Shown here: positions 16,765 through 25,966 of the stretch, piece by piece
Layout of the letters: every line of letters begins with the position of its first letter
How positions within the stretch are numbered: the first letter of the stretch is position 1
Source of the DNA: an uncultured Lachnospiraceae bacterium
Lineage (GTDB): Bacteria > Bacillota > Clostridia > Christensenellales > UBA1242
Direction of reading: 5' to 3'
DNA: 64,000 nt
NCBI GenBank assembly: GCA_964606505.1
Contig: CAZSGM010000001.1
Coordinates: 113,588 to 177,587, forward strand
The notes under the pieces: model-generated
Database searches by the model: none
Seen by the model: the letters and a program-made list of their open reading frames with translations, nothing else
What the model was told of the DNA's origin: nothing
Translations under genes and position numbers: made by a program

Positions 16765-19427
16765 ATGAATAAAAGCGAATTTGAAAATGTGAAAAAGTTG
16801 GGGGGGGGGGGTATTTAGTTGCTAAAAATAGCGGCTTAACCACTCGAAATGATGCGGACACCTGCAAAAATATGCAGGATAACCCCCATTTTTTGCAATA
16901 TTTGCAAAATTGTGAAAATGTGCAACATAATGGTAATTTCACAAAAAAAATCACTCAAAACAATGCAAAATTGCAATGCAAAAATTCATTTAAAAATAAT
17001 GACGAATTAAATTTAACAAATAATGATTTATCTATTAATTCGCACAATCAAAATAATCGCAAAAATAATAGTGTATCAAATGCGACTAGCAAGTGCGCAC
17101 AAAAAGATACATTAAAGAATATTGCGAGTGAAAATTTTACTCCTTTTAAAAATAGTTATAATAATGTAAGTTATAAAAATAATGCAACTCAAAATGCTAG
17201 TATGAGTTGCAAAAATAGTGTAAGTTGTAAACGCGATGTAAGTTGCCAAAGTAAGGCGGGTTACAAAAGCACAGCGTATTATGAAAACGGGATAAACAAC
17301 AAAATTTGCACGACAAAGTGTTCCGCTACGACAAAAATTTGTTTGTGGATTTTCTTGTTTGTTGCGTGCCTCGCGGTTACGATCGGGTTTGGCTACTTTT
17401 GCGGAAGCAACGGCAGCCTCAAGGTTGCACCTGAAATTGAAACCGCCTCAGCAGCAGGCGAAACTTGGAGCGGTAGCGGCACGCAAGCCGACCCGTACCA
17501 AATTTCAAATTATACCGACTTGCTCGCGCTTTCTACCGCTTGCAACACGCCAACAAGTGGAACAACTTACAATCACTATCAAAGTGTGTATTTTAAATTG
17601 ACAGCAGATATAACAATAGCAGCGGCGGACTTAAATAATACAACGACCTCCACAACTTGGACGCCAATCGCCTGCGATCCAACAGGGGTTAATTATGCTA
17701 ACTGCTATTTTTCGGGTATTTTTGACGGAGATGGGCACACTATAACTTACGCGGGGGATGTAACTGTAAATGTCGGCGTTTCTACTGCTTCAAGTCCAAA
17801 TTTATATTATGGCTTGCTATTTGGATATGTTTTGGGCGACGCTAGTGATACTGCTAGTGCGACGTATGGAATTGTTAAAAATACCAACATAACATTCGGA
17901 GCCGCTAGTAGTTCAGCCACCGCTTTTACTTTGAAACTTGTTGCGGTTAGTTCCAATAACTGCATTGGAACGTCTCAAGTTGGTGGACTTGTTGGCCGTT
18001 TAAGCAATGGCAAGGTTTCACAATGCAAATTTAATGGTAAGCCATTTAATTTTACAGTTGAATGTGATAGTATAAGTGGTTGGGATCGTGGTTTTGCAGG
18101 AATTGTCGGATATACGTCAAGTTCCAGAGTGGACAATTGCGAATTTAATACCGATTATTCATTTTCGGATTTGCCTACTGGGATTTTAGAGGGCGGTGCA
18201 GCCGTAGTTGGGTATGCACCTAATAGCACAATCATCGAAAAATGCAAGGTAAATGGGAATGTAACATTTTTAAAAGAGGCTTCGGGAACTAATCGCGCAG
18301 AACTTGGTGGAATATTGGGGAGTGGCTCAGCAAATGTGAGCAATTGTGGTTTTTATGGTAACTTTGTTTGCAAGTGGCGGTCGGGTTCAGGGACTAAAGC
18401 GGGTGCAATTGCTGGGGGTGCTACTAATATTGAAAATTGTGTTATAGAGGGGGAAGTAACTTTAGGGGAAAAAGGCGGGGCTGCATCCTGCTCGGGGATA
18501 ATAGTCGGTAGCGCTACAAGTGTTTCAAATTGCTATGCTAATGTGAGCAATTCATCACTTTGTATGACTGGCACGGATGGTGAGTTTGGGATAATCGCAG
18601 GTAGTGTAACGAATATGAGCAATTGCGCAATAAATGTGCAATTAATTGATTTAATAAGGGCGACTAGCCTAGTATCCTATGCTAGTGGCACAGTAAACAA
18701 TTGTATAGCAATTGTGGATGTTGGGTCATATAGCGGGACTCTATATCCATTTTCTAATGGGTTTTATAATTGTGTAATAATAGCATCAGGGACAAATGTT
18801 ACTGCAGCGTACCCAATTAAATCCAATACCACCAACACCTCAGATACGACTAACGGGCTTTATTCACTAACATCAACTGACGCAAACCTTAGCGAGTTGA
18901 AAAGTAAAACCACCTATACATCGGGGTCAACTCATTTCACTTGGAACACTGACGGCGATGTTGCGGGGAGCACAACAGGTGGGCACGCGTGGGATTTTGC
19001 AAACACTTGGATGATTAACAGCACTATGAATGATGGGTATCCAACGCTGCAAATGCTGATAACATCCTACAACATCACGCTCAACGTAACCACTAATCTT
19101 AGCGGCTCCACCTTGGGAACAACCACAGGCTCAAGCGGTTCATCCTCAGCAACCGCCACGGCAAACCCTGCCGACCAGTTCATAATTTACCGCCTTGACG
19201 AGTCTGGAAACCTCGTCAACCAGTTTGTCGTCCGAAACGGCAGCACGGTTACCTTTGAAGTCGACAAAAACAAATCCTTTACTATAATGATTAACTACAA
19301 ACTTTATATGGTAACAACAATCGGAACCGAGTCGACAAACAAGAAAACATACACTCCAACTGCCGACACGACAATCGACATCGACATAACCGCCCCTTCA
19401 GGCGTCAACAACTGGATTGTTATTTAA
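16765..19427 (+). CDS. GLUG-repeat surface protein paralog A, interrupted at the 5' poly-G tract (phase OFF as assembled)
   Basis: AAGGAG RBS, then ATG 16765. The leader MNKSEFENVKKLGGGG hits TAG after the 12-G tract. The main frame (track ORF 16872-19427) is open back into the tract and fuses if the tract is 13 or 10 G. Architecture: Asn-rich N-region, TM helix ICLWIFLFVACLAVTIGFGYF, GLUG repeats, conserved C-terminal domain. Confidence 0.8.
16800..16811 (+). repeat. Homopolymeric G12 tract (candidate slipped-strand phase-variation site)
   Basis: Counted directly: the final g of block 16791-16800 plus 11 g. Confidence 0.9.
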
Positions 19428-19475
19428 AAGGATATCTAAAAAAAACAATAATAAATGAATAACGCAAAAAAGGTT

Positions 19476-19506
19476 GAAGAAACGTGCATTTCTTCGCCCT
19501 TTTTTA
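19476..19506. terminator. Candidate terminator between convergent genes
   Basis: GAAGAAA / TTTCTTC stem, 6-nt loop, GCCC then T6. Confidence 0.45.
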
Positions 19507-19529
19507 TTTAATCGCGCGGGTCGCGTTGG

Positions 19530-20615
19530 TTAGTGCGCGGCGGCGGTTTCGGCTTTGAGCAGTTTTTTAAAGTACTCGTAATTGTGGCGTGCGTCCGACG
19601 AAGTTGGGTTCGCCTTGCAGGCTTTGAGCGCAAAGGTTTTGGCGGTCTTATTGTCGCCGAGGCGGTGGTAACAAATCGCGGAGTTATAATAAGGAATAAA
19701 GTCGTAGCACTCGGGCAGCACAAACGCGCCACTGTTAATGTTCGGCGGCTGTACGGCAAGTTTGAGCCAGTAAAGCGCCTCGCGGTAACGCCCCGCGTTT
19801 ATGAGATAGAGCGACAACTCACACAAAACCTCACTCCGCGGCGAGTCGTGCGCGAACGACAAGAACAGCGACTCAATCGCGTGCTCGGGCGCGTTCAGCT
19901 TGTAGTAACACTTGGCGCGGTTGAGGCACGCCTGTATGCGGTTTTCCACAAAACTCCCTCGCTGCAGCAAAAACTCGTCGTAGGCGGCGATTGCCTGCGC
20001 GAAAAGGTCGTTGTAGTAAAGTTCGTTTGCGTAGTAAAACTGCATACGCGGCGAAAACGGGGTGTTGGCGGCGCGCAGTTTTTCAAAAATACGCAAGTTG
20101 CGTCGCGGGTCGGAGGGTTTTATCTTGCGGTGTTCAATGACGATGTCGGTGTACTCAACCCTGCCGCTCGGGGTTATCGCCTCGTGAATGGGGTCGCTGA
20201 AGTGGTAGGCGGGGTCGTTTCGCACAAGCCGCTCGCGCATAAAGCAGAACGTAGGGCGGTTCCTGCCGTCGAACGCGGTCGCGTATTTCATAAAGTAGAC
20301 GTCTGCGGGGTTGTCGCGCCCCTTGATTTCGTTGATTTTTGCCGCGTTTTCGGGCGAAACATAGTCGTCCGCGTCCAGCCACATCATATAATCGTACCGC
20401 GCCTTTGAAAACGCATAGTTGCGCGCGCGTGAAAAGTCGTCGCACCACTCGAAATCGTAGGCCCTGCAGCCGTTGCGCTCCGCAATTGCCTTGGTTTTGT
20501 CTGCGCTCCCTGTGTCAACAACTATTATCTCGTCGGCAAACGCTTTTGCGCAGTGTAAAACCCTCTCAATAACCAATTCTTCGTCTCTCGCTATCAAACA
20601 AACACTTATTTTCAT
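19530..20615 (-). CDS. Family-2 glycosyltransferase with a C-terminal TPR region
   Basis: MKISVCLIARDEE...VVDTGSADKT and WLDADD motifs (GT2 DxD). The C-terminal half is TPR-like. The start was moved to ATG at 20615. Confidence 0.85.
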   Translation of the reverse strand: MKISVCLIARDEELVIERVLHCAKAFADEIIVVDTGSADKTKAIAERNGCRAYDFEWCDDFSRARNYAFSKARYDYMMWLDADDYVSPENAAKINEIKGRDNPADVYFMKYATAFDGRNRPTFCFMRERLVRNDPAYHFSDPIHEAITPSGRVEYTDIVIEHRKIKPSDPRRNLRIFEKLRAANTPFSPRMQFYYANELYYNDLFAQAIAAYDEFLLQRGSFVENRIQACLNRAKCYYKLNAPEHAIESLFLSFAHDSPRSEVLCELSLYLINAGRYREALYWLKLAVQPPNINSGAFVLPECYDFIPYYNSAICYHRLGDNKTAKTFALKACKANPTSSDARHNYEYFKKLLKAETAAAH

Positions 20616-20864
20616 AAAACTAATATATGCACCGTCCGCCCGCGTTGTACTAGGTTTTTGCGTGGATGTGTTGCGTTGAATTTTGCGCACGGTTGAATTT
20701 AGTCCGCCTGTCCGCCGTGTAGTGTGTTTGTCTGTTTATTCGGTTACTCGTCGCTTGCAGTTTTGGGAATGCTTCCTGTCTTGCAACTTGCTGTGCTGTC
20801 CGCGCCGCTACCTGTTTGGCTGTTCGTCCACCTGCCACGGCGTGTCAGGAGTGGGACACCATGG

Positions 20865-20895
20865 GGAGAAAATTCGGGAATTCCGAATTTTCTCC
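20865..20895. repeat. 13-bp perfect inverted repeat with a 5-nt centre, ~115 bp upstream of the recombinase gene
   Basis: GGAGAAAATTCGG GAATT CCGAATTTTCTCC. Confidence 0.7.
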
Positions 20896-21009
20896 TATAT
20901 TTAATTAGGAAGTTGAGTAGAAGTGGGGAATTTTGGGCGCATTTTTTTTAAGGTTGGGGGTTGATTGCGCGAGAAGTTTTTTGATAAAATACGGGAGGAG
21001 GTTATACAA

Positions 21010-21921
21010 ATGAAACTTAATGATTGGATAGAAATTTGGGCACAGACAAGTTTCGTCAACATCAAAGAAAGAAGCCATGACGTTTATAATTACTACCTCA
21101 CTTTTCACATCTTAGAGCGTCTTGGCAATTTGCAAGTCGAGGAAATTTCGCAGGAAACGCTGCAGAGTTATGTTTTGTCGCTTGCACTTGGAGACAAATG
21201 TTTTTCAAGCAACACTATCGCGGAGAGTTTTCGCGTGCTGAAGGCGTGCTTGCTCGATTATTATGAAAAATACGACATTAAGCCTGTGAAGTTCAAGGGT
21301 GTCAAAATTCCTACGACGGCGCGCCGCAAAATTAGGTGTTTTACCGAGGGCGAGCAGCGCAGGATTGAAAACCGCGTCAACCTTGTTCGCAACCCGAGCG
21401 AAATTGGCGTACTGGTCTCGCTTTACACAGGGTTGCGGCTGGGCGAAGTGCTAGCGCTGACGTGGAACGACGTCGACTTTAGCAAAAACCTAATCTACAT
21501 AGATAAGGCGCTATACTATAAAGGGAAACAGATTGTAATTTCGACGCCAAAAACGCCGTCGTCCATTCGCGTAATCCCGATACCGCAGTTTTTGCTGGTG
21601 TTGCTGCGCGAGAGGAAGAAACACGCGGTTGGCGAATACGTTGTTGCGGATGAGTTGGGGTTGCCGATTATACCGCGCACGTACCAGTACAGGTTTTACG
21701 CGCTGCTCAAGCGGGCGAAGGTCGAGAGACGGGGTTTTCACTCGCTGCGCCACACGTTTGCAACGCGCGCCCTTGAGTGTGGTATGGACGTTAAGTCGCT
21801 CGCCGACGTTTTGGGACACGCGAACCCTGTCGTAACACTCAAGCGTTACGCGCACTCAATGCTAGATTACAAAAAAACTATGATGAACAAAATCGGCAAA
21901 TTGTACTCGCGCGAGTATTAA
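21010..21921 (+). CDS. Tyrosine site-specific recombinase (phage integrase family)
   Basis: GLRLGEVLAL (Arg I), HSLRHTFAT (H-x-x-R), LGHANPVVTLKRYAHS (His/Tyr) and an N-terminal SAM-like domain. GGAGG RBS before ATG 21010. Confidence 0.9.
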   Translation: MKLNDWIEIWAQTSFVNIKERSHDVYNYYLTFHILERLGNLQVEEISQETLQSYVLSLALGDKCFSSNTIAESFRVLKACLLDYYEKYDIKPVKFKGVKIPTTARRKIRCFTEGEQRRIENRVNLVRNPSEIGVLVSLYTGLRLGEVLALTWNDVDFSKNLIYIDKALYYKGKQIVISTPKTPSSIRVIPIPQFLLVLLRERKKHAVGEYVVADELGLPIIPRTYQYRFYALLKRAKVERRGFHSLRHTFATRALECGMDVKSLADVLGHANPVVTLKRYAHSMLDYKKTMMNKIGKLYSREY

Positions 21922-22346
21922 CTTGGCAATTTGCAAACAATTAGCGTTTTATTGAAATAATCATTTCCAATTAAAACGCATTTTAACAAAACGAAAAACG
22001 CGTTGCTTGTACCTCCTTATGTTTTGGGGTAAGTAACGCGTTTTTTGTGTGTATTTGAGTAGGTTGCTCGAGTTATTGCATTGGGGAGTGGTTGAGTTGT
22101 TGGTTAATTTTGGCGGTTTCAATGGTGTTTGCTTTGCGCTTGTGAGTGTTTTGTGGGGCGTATAGGGACTTTGAAGATTATAAAAAATTGCAGGGGGCGG
22201 GGGGTGTTCGGGGTATTTATATTGCAGATGTTTTGCACGTGGTTGATTTGCTTGTATTTTTGCGCGTTTTACGGTTTGGTTTTAGGCTTATTTTGGGCGC
22301 ATTTTTGTTTAATTTTTGGGCAGGGGTAAGCCGATTGTAAGAAAAA

Positions 22347-22383
22347 AAATCTTTCGCTTATGTGTCCCATAAGCGAAAGATTT
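22347..22383. repeat. Left recombination-site candidate (IR-L): 16-bp-arm palindrome around the asymmetric core TGTCC
   Basis: AAATCTTTCGCTTATG TGTCC CATAAGCGAAAGATTT, preceded by A8. On the minus strand this reads as a hairpin followed by T8. Confidence 0.85.
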
Positions 22384-22391
22384 ACACCATT

Positions 22392-22420
22392 ATTGTAGCA
22401 AATTAGATAAAAAATATCAA
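22392..22420 (-). promoter_or_regulatory. Near-consensus sigma-A promoter inside the invertible cassette, currently pointing away from gene 22596
   Basis: Minus strand: TTGATA (22420-22415), 17-nt spacer ending in TGc, TACAAT (22397-22392). Confidence 0.6.
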
Positions 22421-22505
22421 ACATTTTGCCAAAATTATTGAAAAATCATTAAAAAATGGTCATTTTTTGCTATTTTTCTCCTCAAAAAATCGAATTTTGA
22501 AGAAT

Positions 22506-22536
22506 ATCTTTCGCTTATGGGACACATAAGCGAAAT
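22506..22536. repeat. Right recombination-site candidate (IR-R): same arms, core GGACA (reverse complement of the IR-L core)
   Basis: 22506-22535 is the exact reverse complement of 22352-22381 (30/30). Confidence 0.85.
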
Positions 22537-22595
22537 AAAATGCCCTGAAAACGCAGATAATAACTGACGGGGCACAAAATAAGGAGTTTTACGCT

Positions 22596-25349
22596 ATGGA
22601 AAAAAATAGGATAGGCAAAACCATACTACTGAATGTGGGGTTGGTTATTGCAGTGATTATGCTTGGGGTGGGCGCGTTTTTTGCGACACGGGCAGAAAGC
22701 GGCGAAGCGGGCGATTTTGTTTTGACGGGCGAAGGTGTTGGGGCAGGCGACTACGTAACTGCAGACGGGGCGCACAAAATAGGTGTTGCAACAGACGAGG
22801 GCGGGGGTACTACAATTGAATATTTCAACACTGCTGCGCCCGAGACGACGTACATGCTAACTGCTAGCACCACGACGTCGGCGGCAGGGGTTGAGACGAC
22901 AACCTTGACAGGAAAACTTGGCACGGACAATAAAAATGCAACGTTTGTTATGTTGAACGATAACGCCATACTTTGCGTTTCACATATTAAGTACGCAACG
23001 GCGAGCGGGAACGTTGTTTTGTGCAGGTACACGCCGTTTGTGAAAACATACACGCCGACAGCGGACGCAAACGGGGTAATTGAGGTTTGGCGCAATGACG
23101 CAAAAGTTAGCGCATTTGCAAACTTCCAAGCCGCGTTCAGCTTTGCGCAAAACAACGACACGATTAAACTAAAAAGCAACTTTTTGGCTTCTGAGGGCGC
23201 GGCGCTCGTTGGTAAAACTCTCACAATTGATGGCGGCAACTACCTGCTCGACAAGTCGCAGTGGGCGAACACGGTTTTTGCCGTTGCAGAGGACGCGCAA
23301 CTCACAATTAACAACCTAGACATAGACGGTGGGGCAACCAACTGGGCGGTCGACTTCGACGCTGTTACTTTTGAAGGCGCGACAATCCCGCTTGTAGCGG
23401 GTTCAGCGGATAATGACCCACAAACAAGTTATCCTGCCGTTACTTCAAAGGGCGAGTTGATTGCTAATAATTTAAACATTAGCAATATTTATTCGTCGAC
23501 AGCTGAGGGGATTGGGTTATTTGTGGCAAAAGGGAAAATAAACATTAGCAATAGCGCATTTTCACACTTAGCTTCAAGTATTGGGGGTGCTATGCGCATA
23601 GGGTGCGATATCATTGAGGAAAGTTTGGATAGTTACCCCGTAGAAAGCGTAGTTTTTAATAGTGTCGATTTTACTAATAATTATGCAGCGGCTTGGGGTG
23701 GTGGTGCAATTTATATCGGAAACATTGGCGAGGGGAGTTTTGAAGATTGCAACTTTGATACAAATGCGGCAAGTGGGTTAAATGGCGGCGGCGCAATTAG
23801 TATGTACACACCAGATTATGCTGCGTACAATTTGGGGCTAACTTATGGCAAAATAGATATAAACAATTCAATTTTTAATAATAATTGGGCAGGGCGCTGT
23901 GGCTTTGCAATTTATAACCGCGATGTAGAATTTACAATAACGAACACAAAGTTCACTGGGAATATCGGCGCATATCGTCCTGATGGGGCTGTCGCCACGT
24001 TTTTTTGTAGAGTAAATAGGTCAAACTATCGTTTCGCTGTGCAGATAATTAAGAATTGTGTATTTGAAAATAACCAAGGAGGTGTTGCCTGCATTGCAGA
24101 CAATGCGGGAGCTGCGGATATTAGAATTTCTGATACTCAATTTAAAAACAATGTGGGGAGTTCGAGCACATTGTTGTATACAGGTGTTGGGGAAATTGAT
24201 AACTGCACATTTGAAAATGAGCAAGTAACTGGAAGTGTAATAAGCGTGCCAATGTACAACGGAGATAGTCGTTATGAAAACGCAGGGCTGACGGGTCCAT
24301 CGCTAACAATCAAAGACACAACTTTCACAGGCACTCCTGACGGCGTTGATGATATTTCAATGAAAAAAGAAGAAGGAAGGGTCGATGTAGCCACAGAGCC
24401 CAAAATAATAATTGAGGGCGAAACAAAGGCAAACATTTCAATGGAGCACGGTGCAGAACTAGATGTTGACGGAATGCTAGATGGTAGTGTTACTTGCGCG
24501 GTGGACACCCCTAGCGATACTAATGTAACAGTTGGCACAAACGGCAGCATAACTGGCGGCGTTGTGCAGTACTATAACCTAACCATAACCTACCCTAACC
24601 CCGACAACGACACCGAAAGCCTAACTGAAACAATAACTATTGCGGGCGGCGCAACCAGTTCGCACGCGATTGAAATGTTGCTCGGCGTGAGCAAGGAAAA
24701 CCACACGCTCGCGCTTTACACAGATAGCGCGTGCACAATTGTGTGGGACTACAACTGCGACGGCGCGGAAACGCTGTACGGCAAATGGGAGTGGTCGGTT
24801 ACCATAAACTATTATGACCAAGGCGGGGTAAGGTTTACCGGAACGCACGGCGCGGCGTTTGCGCAACGACACATCAACGGAAGAAAAACAATTATAGACA
24901 CGCCAACAAAAGGCGGTTACATCTTTGATGGGTGGTACTTGGGCGACTCAACTTGCTCAGACGAAAGCAAAAGGGTTACTGAACTTAGCGCGGACGTGAA
25001 TTACGAAAGCATTTCGCTTTACGCTAAATGGCGAGTTTTTGAACAAACAATCACGCTTACGTGCCAAAATTTCACTACGCAACAGTTTATGGTGTACGTG
25101 TTTATTGGGGACGACCTTGTTATGCAAGTAAAGCCGACCGCAACAACAACCATCACGCTTAGCAGGCTAAAAAACTATGACAAAACGGTTCGCATTTGTT
25201 TTGTGTACGGTTACCACGGCAAAATTGAGTACACAAGTTTGACAGGCGCGAAAGCAAACGGGCGCAGCGTCAACGTTTCGCTTGTCGAAAATACGCAAAT
25301 CAATTACAAAATAACAACTCCAAACGTCAACGCAAGCATAATTGTTTAA
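22596..25349 (+). CDS. Large surface protein: N-terminal signal/anchor, PMP/pectin-lyase-like beta-helix repeats, Listeria-Bacteroides-type repeat, C-terminal domain related to the GLUG paralog tails
   Basis: AAGGAG RBS. GGAIY/GGGAIS-type repeats (NNYAAAWGGGAIYIGN, GLNGGGAISM). GGYIFDGWY motif. The C-terminus ...NVNASIIV aligns with the ...VNNWIV[VI] tails. Confidence 0.85.
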   Translation: MEKNRIGKTILLNVGLVIAVIMLGVGAFFATRAESGEAGDFVLTGEGVGAGDYVTADGAHKIGVATDEGGGTTIEYFNTAAPETTYMLTASTTTSAAGVETTTLTGKLGTDNKNATFVMLNDNAILCVSHIKYATASGNVVLCRYTPFVKTYTPTADANGVIEVWRNDAKVSAFANFQAAFSFAQNNDTIKLKSNFLASEGAALVGKTLTIDGGNYLLDKSQWANTVFAVAEDAQLTINNLDIDGGATNWAVDFDAVTFEGATIPLVAGSADNDPQTSYPAVTSKGELIANNLNISNIYSSTAEGIGLFVAKGKINISNSAFSHLASSIGGAMRIGCDIIEESLDSYPVESVVFNSVDFTNNYAAAWGGGAIYIGNIGEGSFEDCNFDTNAASGLNGGGAISMYTPDYAAYNLGLTYGKIDINNSIFNNNWAGRCGFAIYNRDVEFTITNTKFTGNIGAYRPDGAVATFFCRVNRSNYRFAVQIIKNCVFENNQGGVACIADNAGAADIRISDTQFKNNVGSSSTLLYTGVGEIDNCTFENEQVTGSVISVPMYNGDSRYENAGLTGPSLTIKDTTFTGTPDGVDDISMKKEEGRVDVATEPKIIIEGETKANISMEHGAELDVDGMLDGSVTCAVDTPSDTNVTVGTNGSITGGVVQYYNLTITYPNPDNDTESLTETITIAGGATSSHAIEMLLGVSKENHTLALYTDSACTIVWDYNCDGAETLYGKWEWSVTINYYDQGGVRFTGTHGAAFAQRHINGRKTIIDTPTKGGYIFDGWYLGDSTCSDESKRVTELSADVNYESISLYAKWRVFEQTITLTCQNFTTQQFMVYVFIGDDLVMQVKPTATTTITLSRLKNYDKTVRICFVYGYHGKIEYTSLTGAKANGRSVNVSLVENTQINYKITTPNVNASIIV

Positions 25350-25850
25350 GTTGATACTGTAAAACTACAAGTATAACCCCTTTGAGTTGGCATTTTATAA
25401 AATTAAATAGAATACAGAATTTTCATAAATTAAATTTAAGTAATCACTGTGTATGTGTTTAGCAAAACTATACGGATGTAAAAGCACTTAAAATTACCAA
25501 TAAAATATCTTTCTCCTTATAAATAAAGTTTTCTCCTTTGTATTAAAAATAAATGAAACCTTATTTAAAATGAAGTTTAAAAAAGCAAATGAAGTCTTAA
25601 TAAACCAAGTGAATTTTATTTAAAAATGGAATTCCAATAAAAATAAATGAAACATTATTAAAATAAATATAAATACATCATTCGCACAAATATTTCATTT
25701 GTACAAATACCCCAATAGTGCGCTTATTGGTATAAATACTTAATTATATATTAGTTCAAATATAAGTTATTTACACAAAAACGCGTCAACGTAAAGCCAA
25801 AATTTCCGCAAATGGGGCTATTCCTACTGAACAATTTTCCAAAAATCAAA

Positions 25851-25914
25851 AAATCTTTCAGTAGTACTGAATAATTTTCGCAAAAAAGTAAAATCTTTCA
25901 GTAGTACTGAATAA
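25851..25914. promoter_or_regulatory. Two 24-bp direct repeats, each containing the palindrome TTCAGTA-G-TACTGAA (operator-like), 40 bp apart
   Basis: AAATCTTTCAGTAGTACTGAATAA at 25851-25874 and 25891-25914. Extra half-sites at 25825-25831 and 25938-25944, the latter overlapping the -10. Confidence 0.6.
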
Positions 25915-25919
25915 AAATG

Positions 25920-25948
25920 TTGACAATCGCAAAATTTTTCAGTATAAT
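25920..25948 (+). promoter_or_regulatory. Consensus sigma-A promoter of the AAA-ATPase gene
   Basis: TTGACA (25920-25925), 17 nt, TATAAT (25943-25948). Confidence 0.75.
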
Positions 25949-25966
25949 ATCCCTGAGGTGAAGAAG

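Larger units (their letters stand above)
22347..22536. promoter_or_regulatory. Candidate invertible promoter switch (OFF orientation in this assembly)
   Basis: Inverted 30-bp sites, an enclosed promoter, an adjacent tyrosine recombinase, and a downstream surface-protein gene with its own RBS but no obvious fixed promoter. Confidence 0.7.

Noticed and set aside
22129-22340. Two 64-66-aa plus-strand ORFs between the recombinase and the switch
   Set aside because: They overlap each other in different frames inside a G/T-skewed spacer. The hydrophobic low-complexity translation has no RBS.
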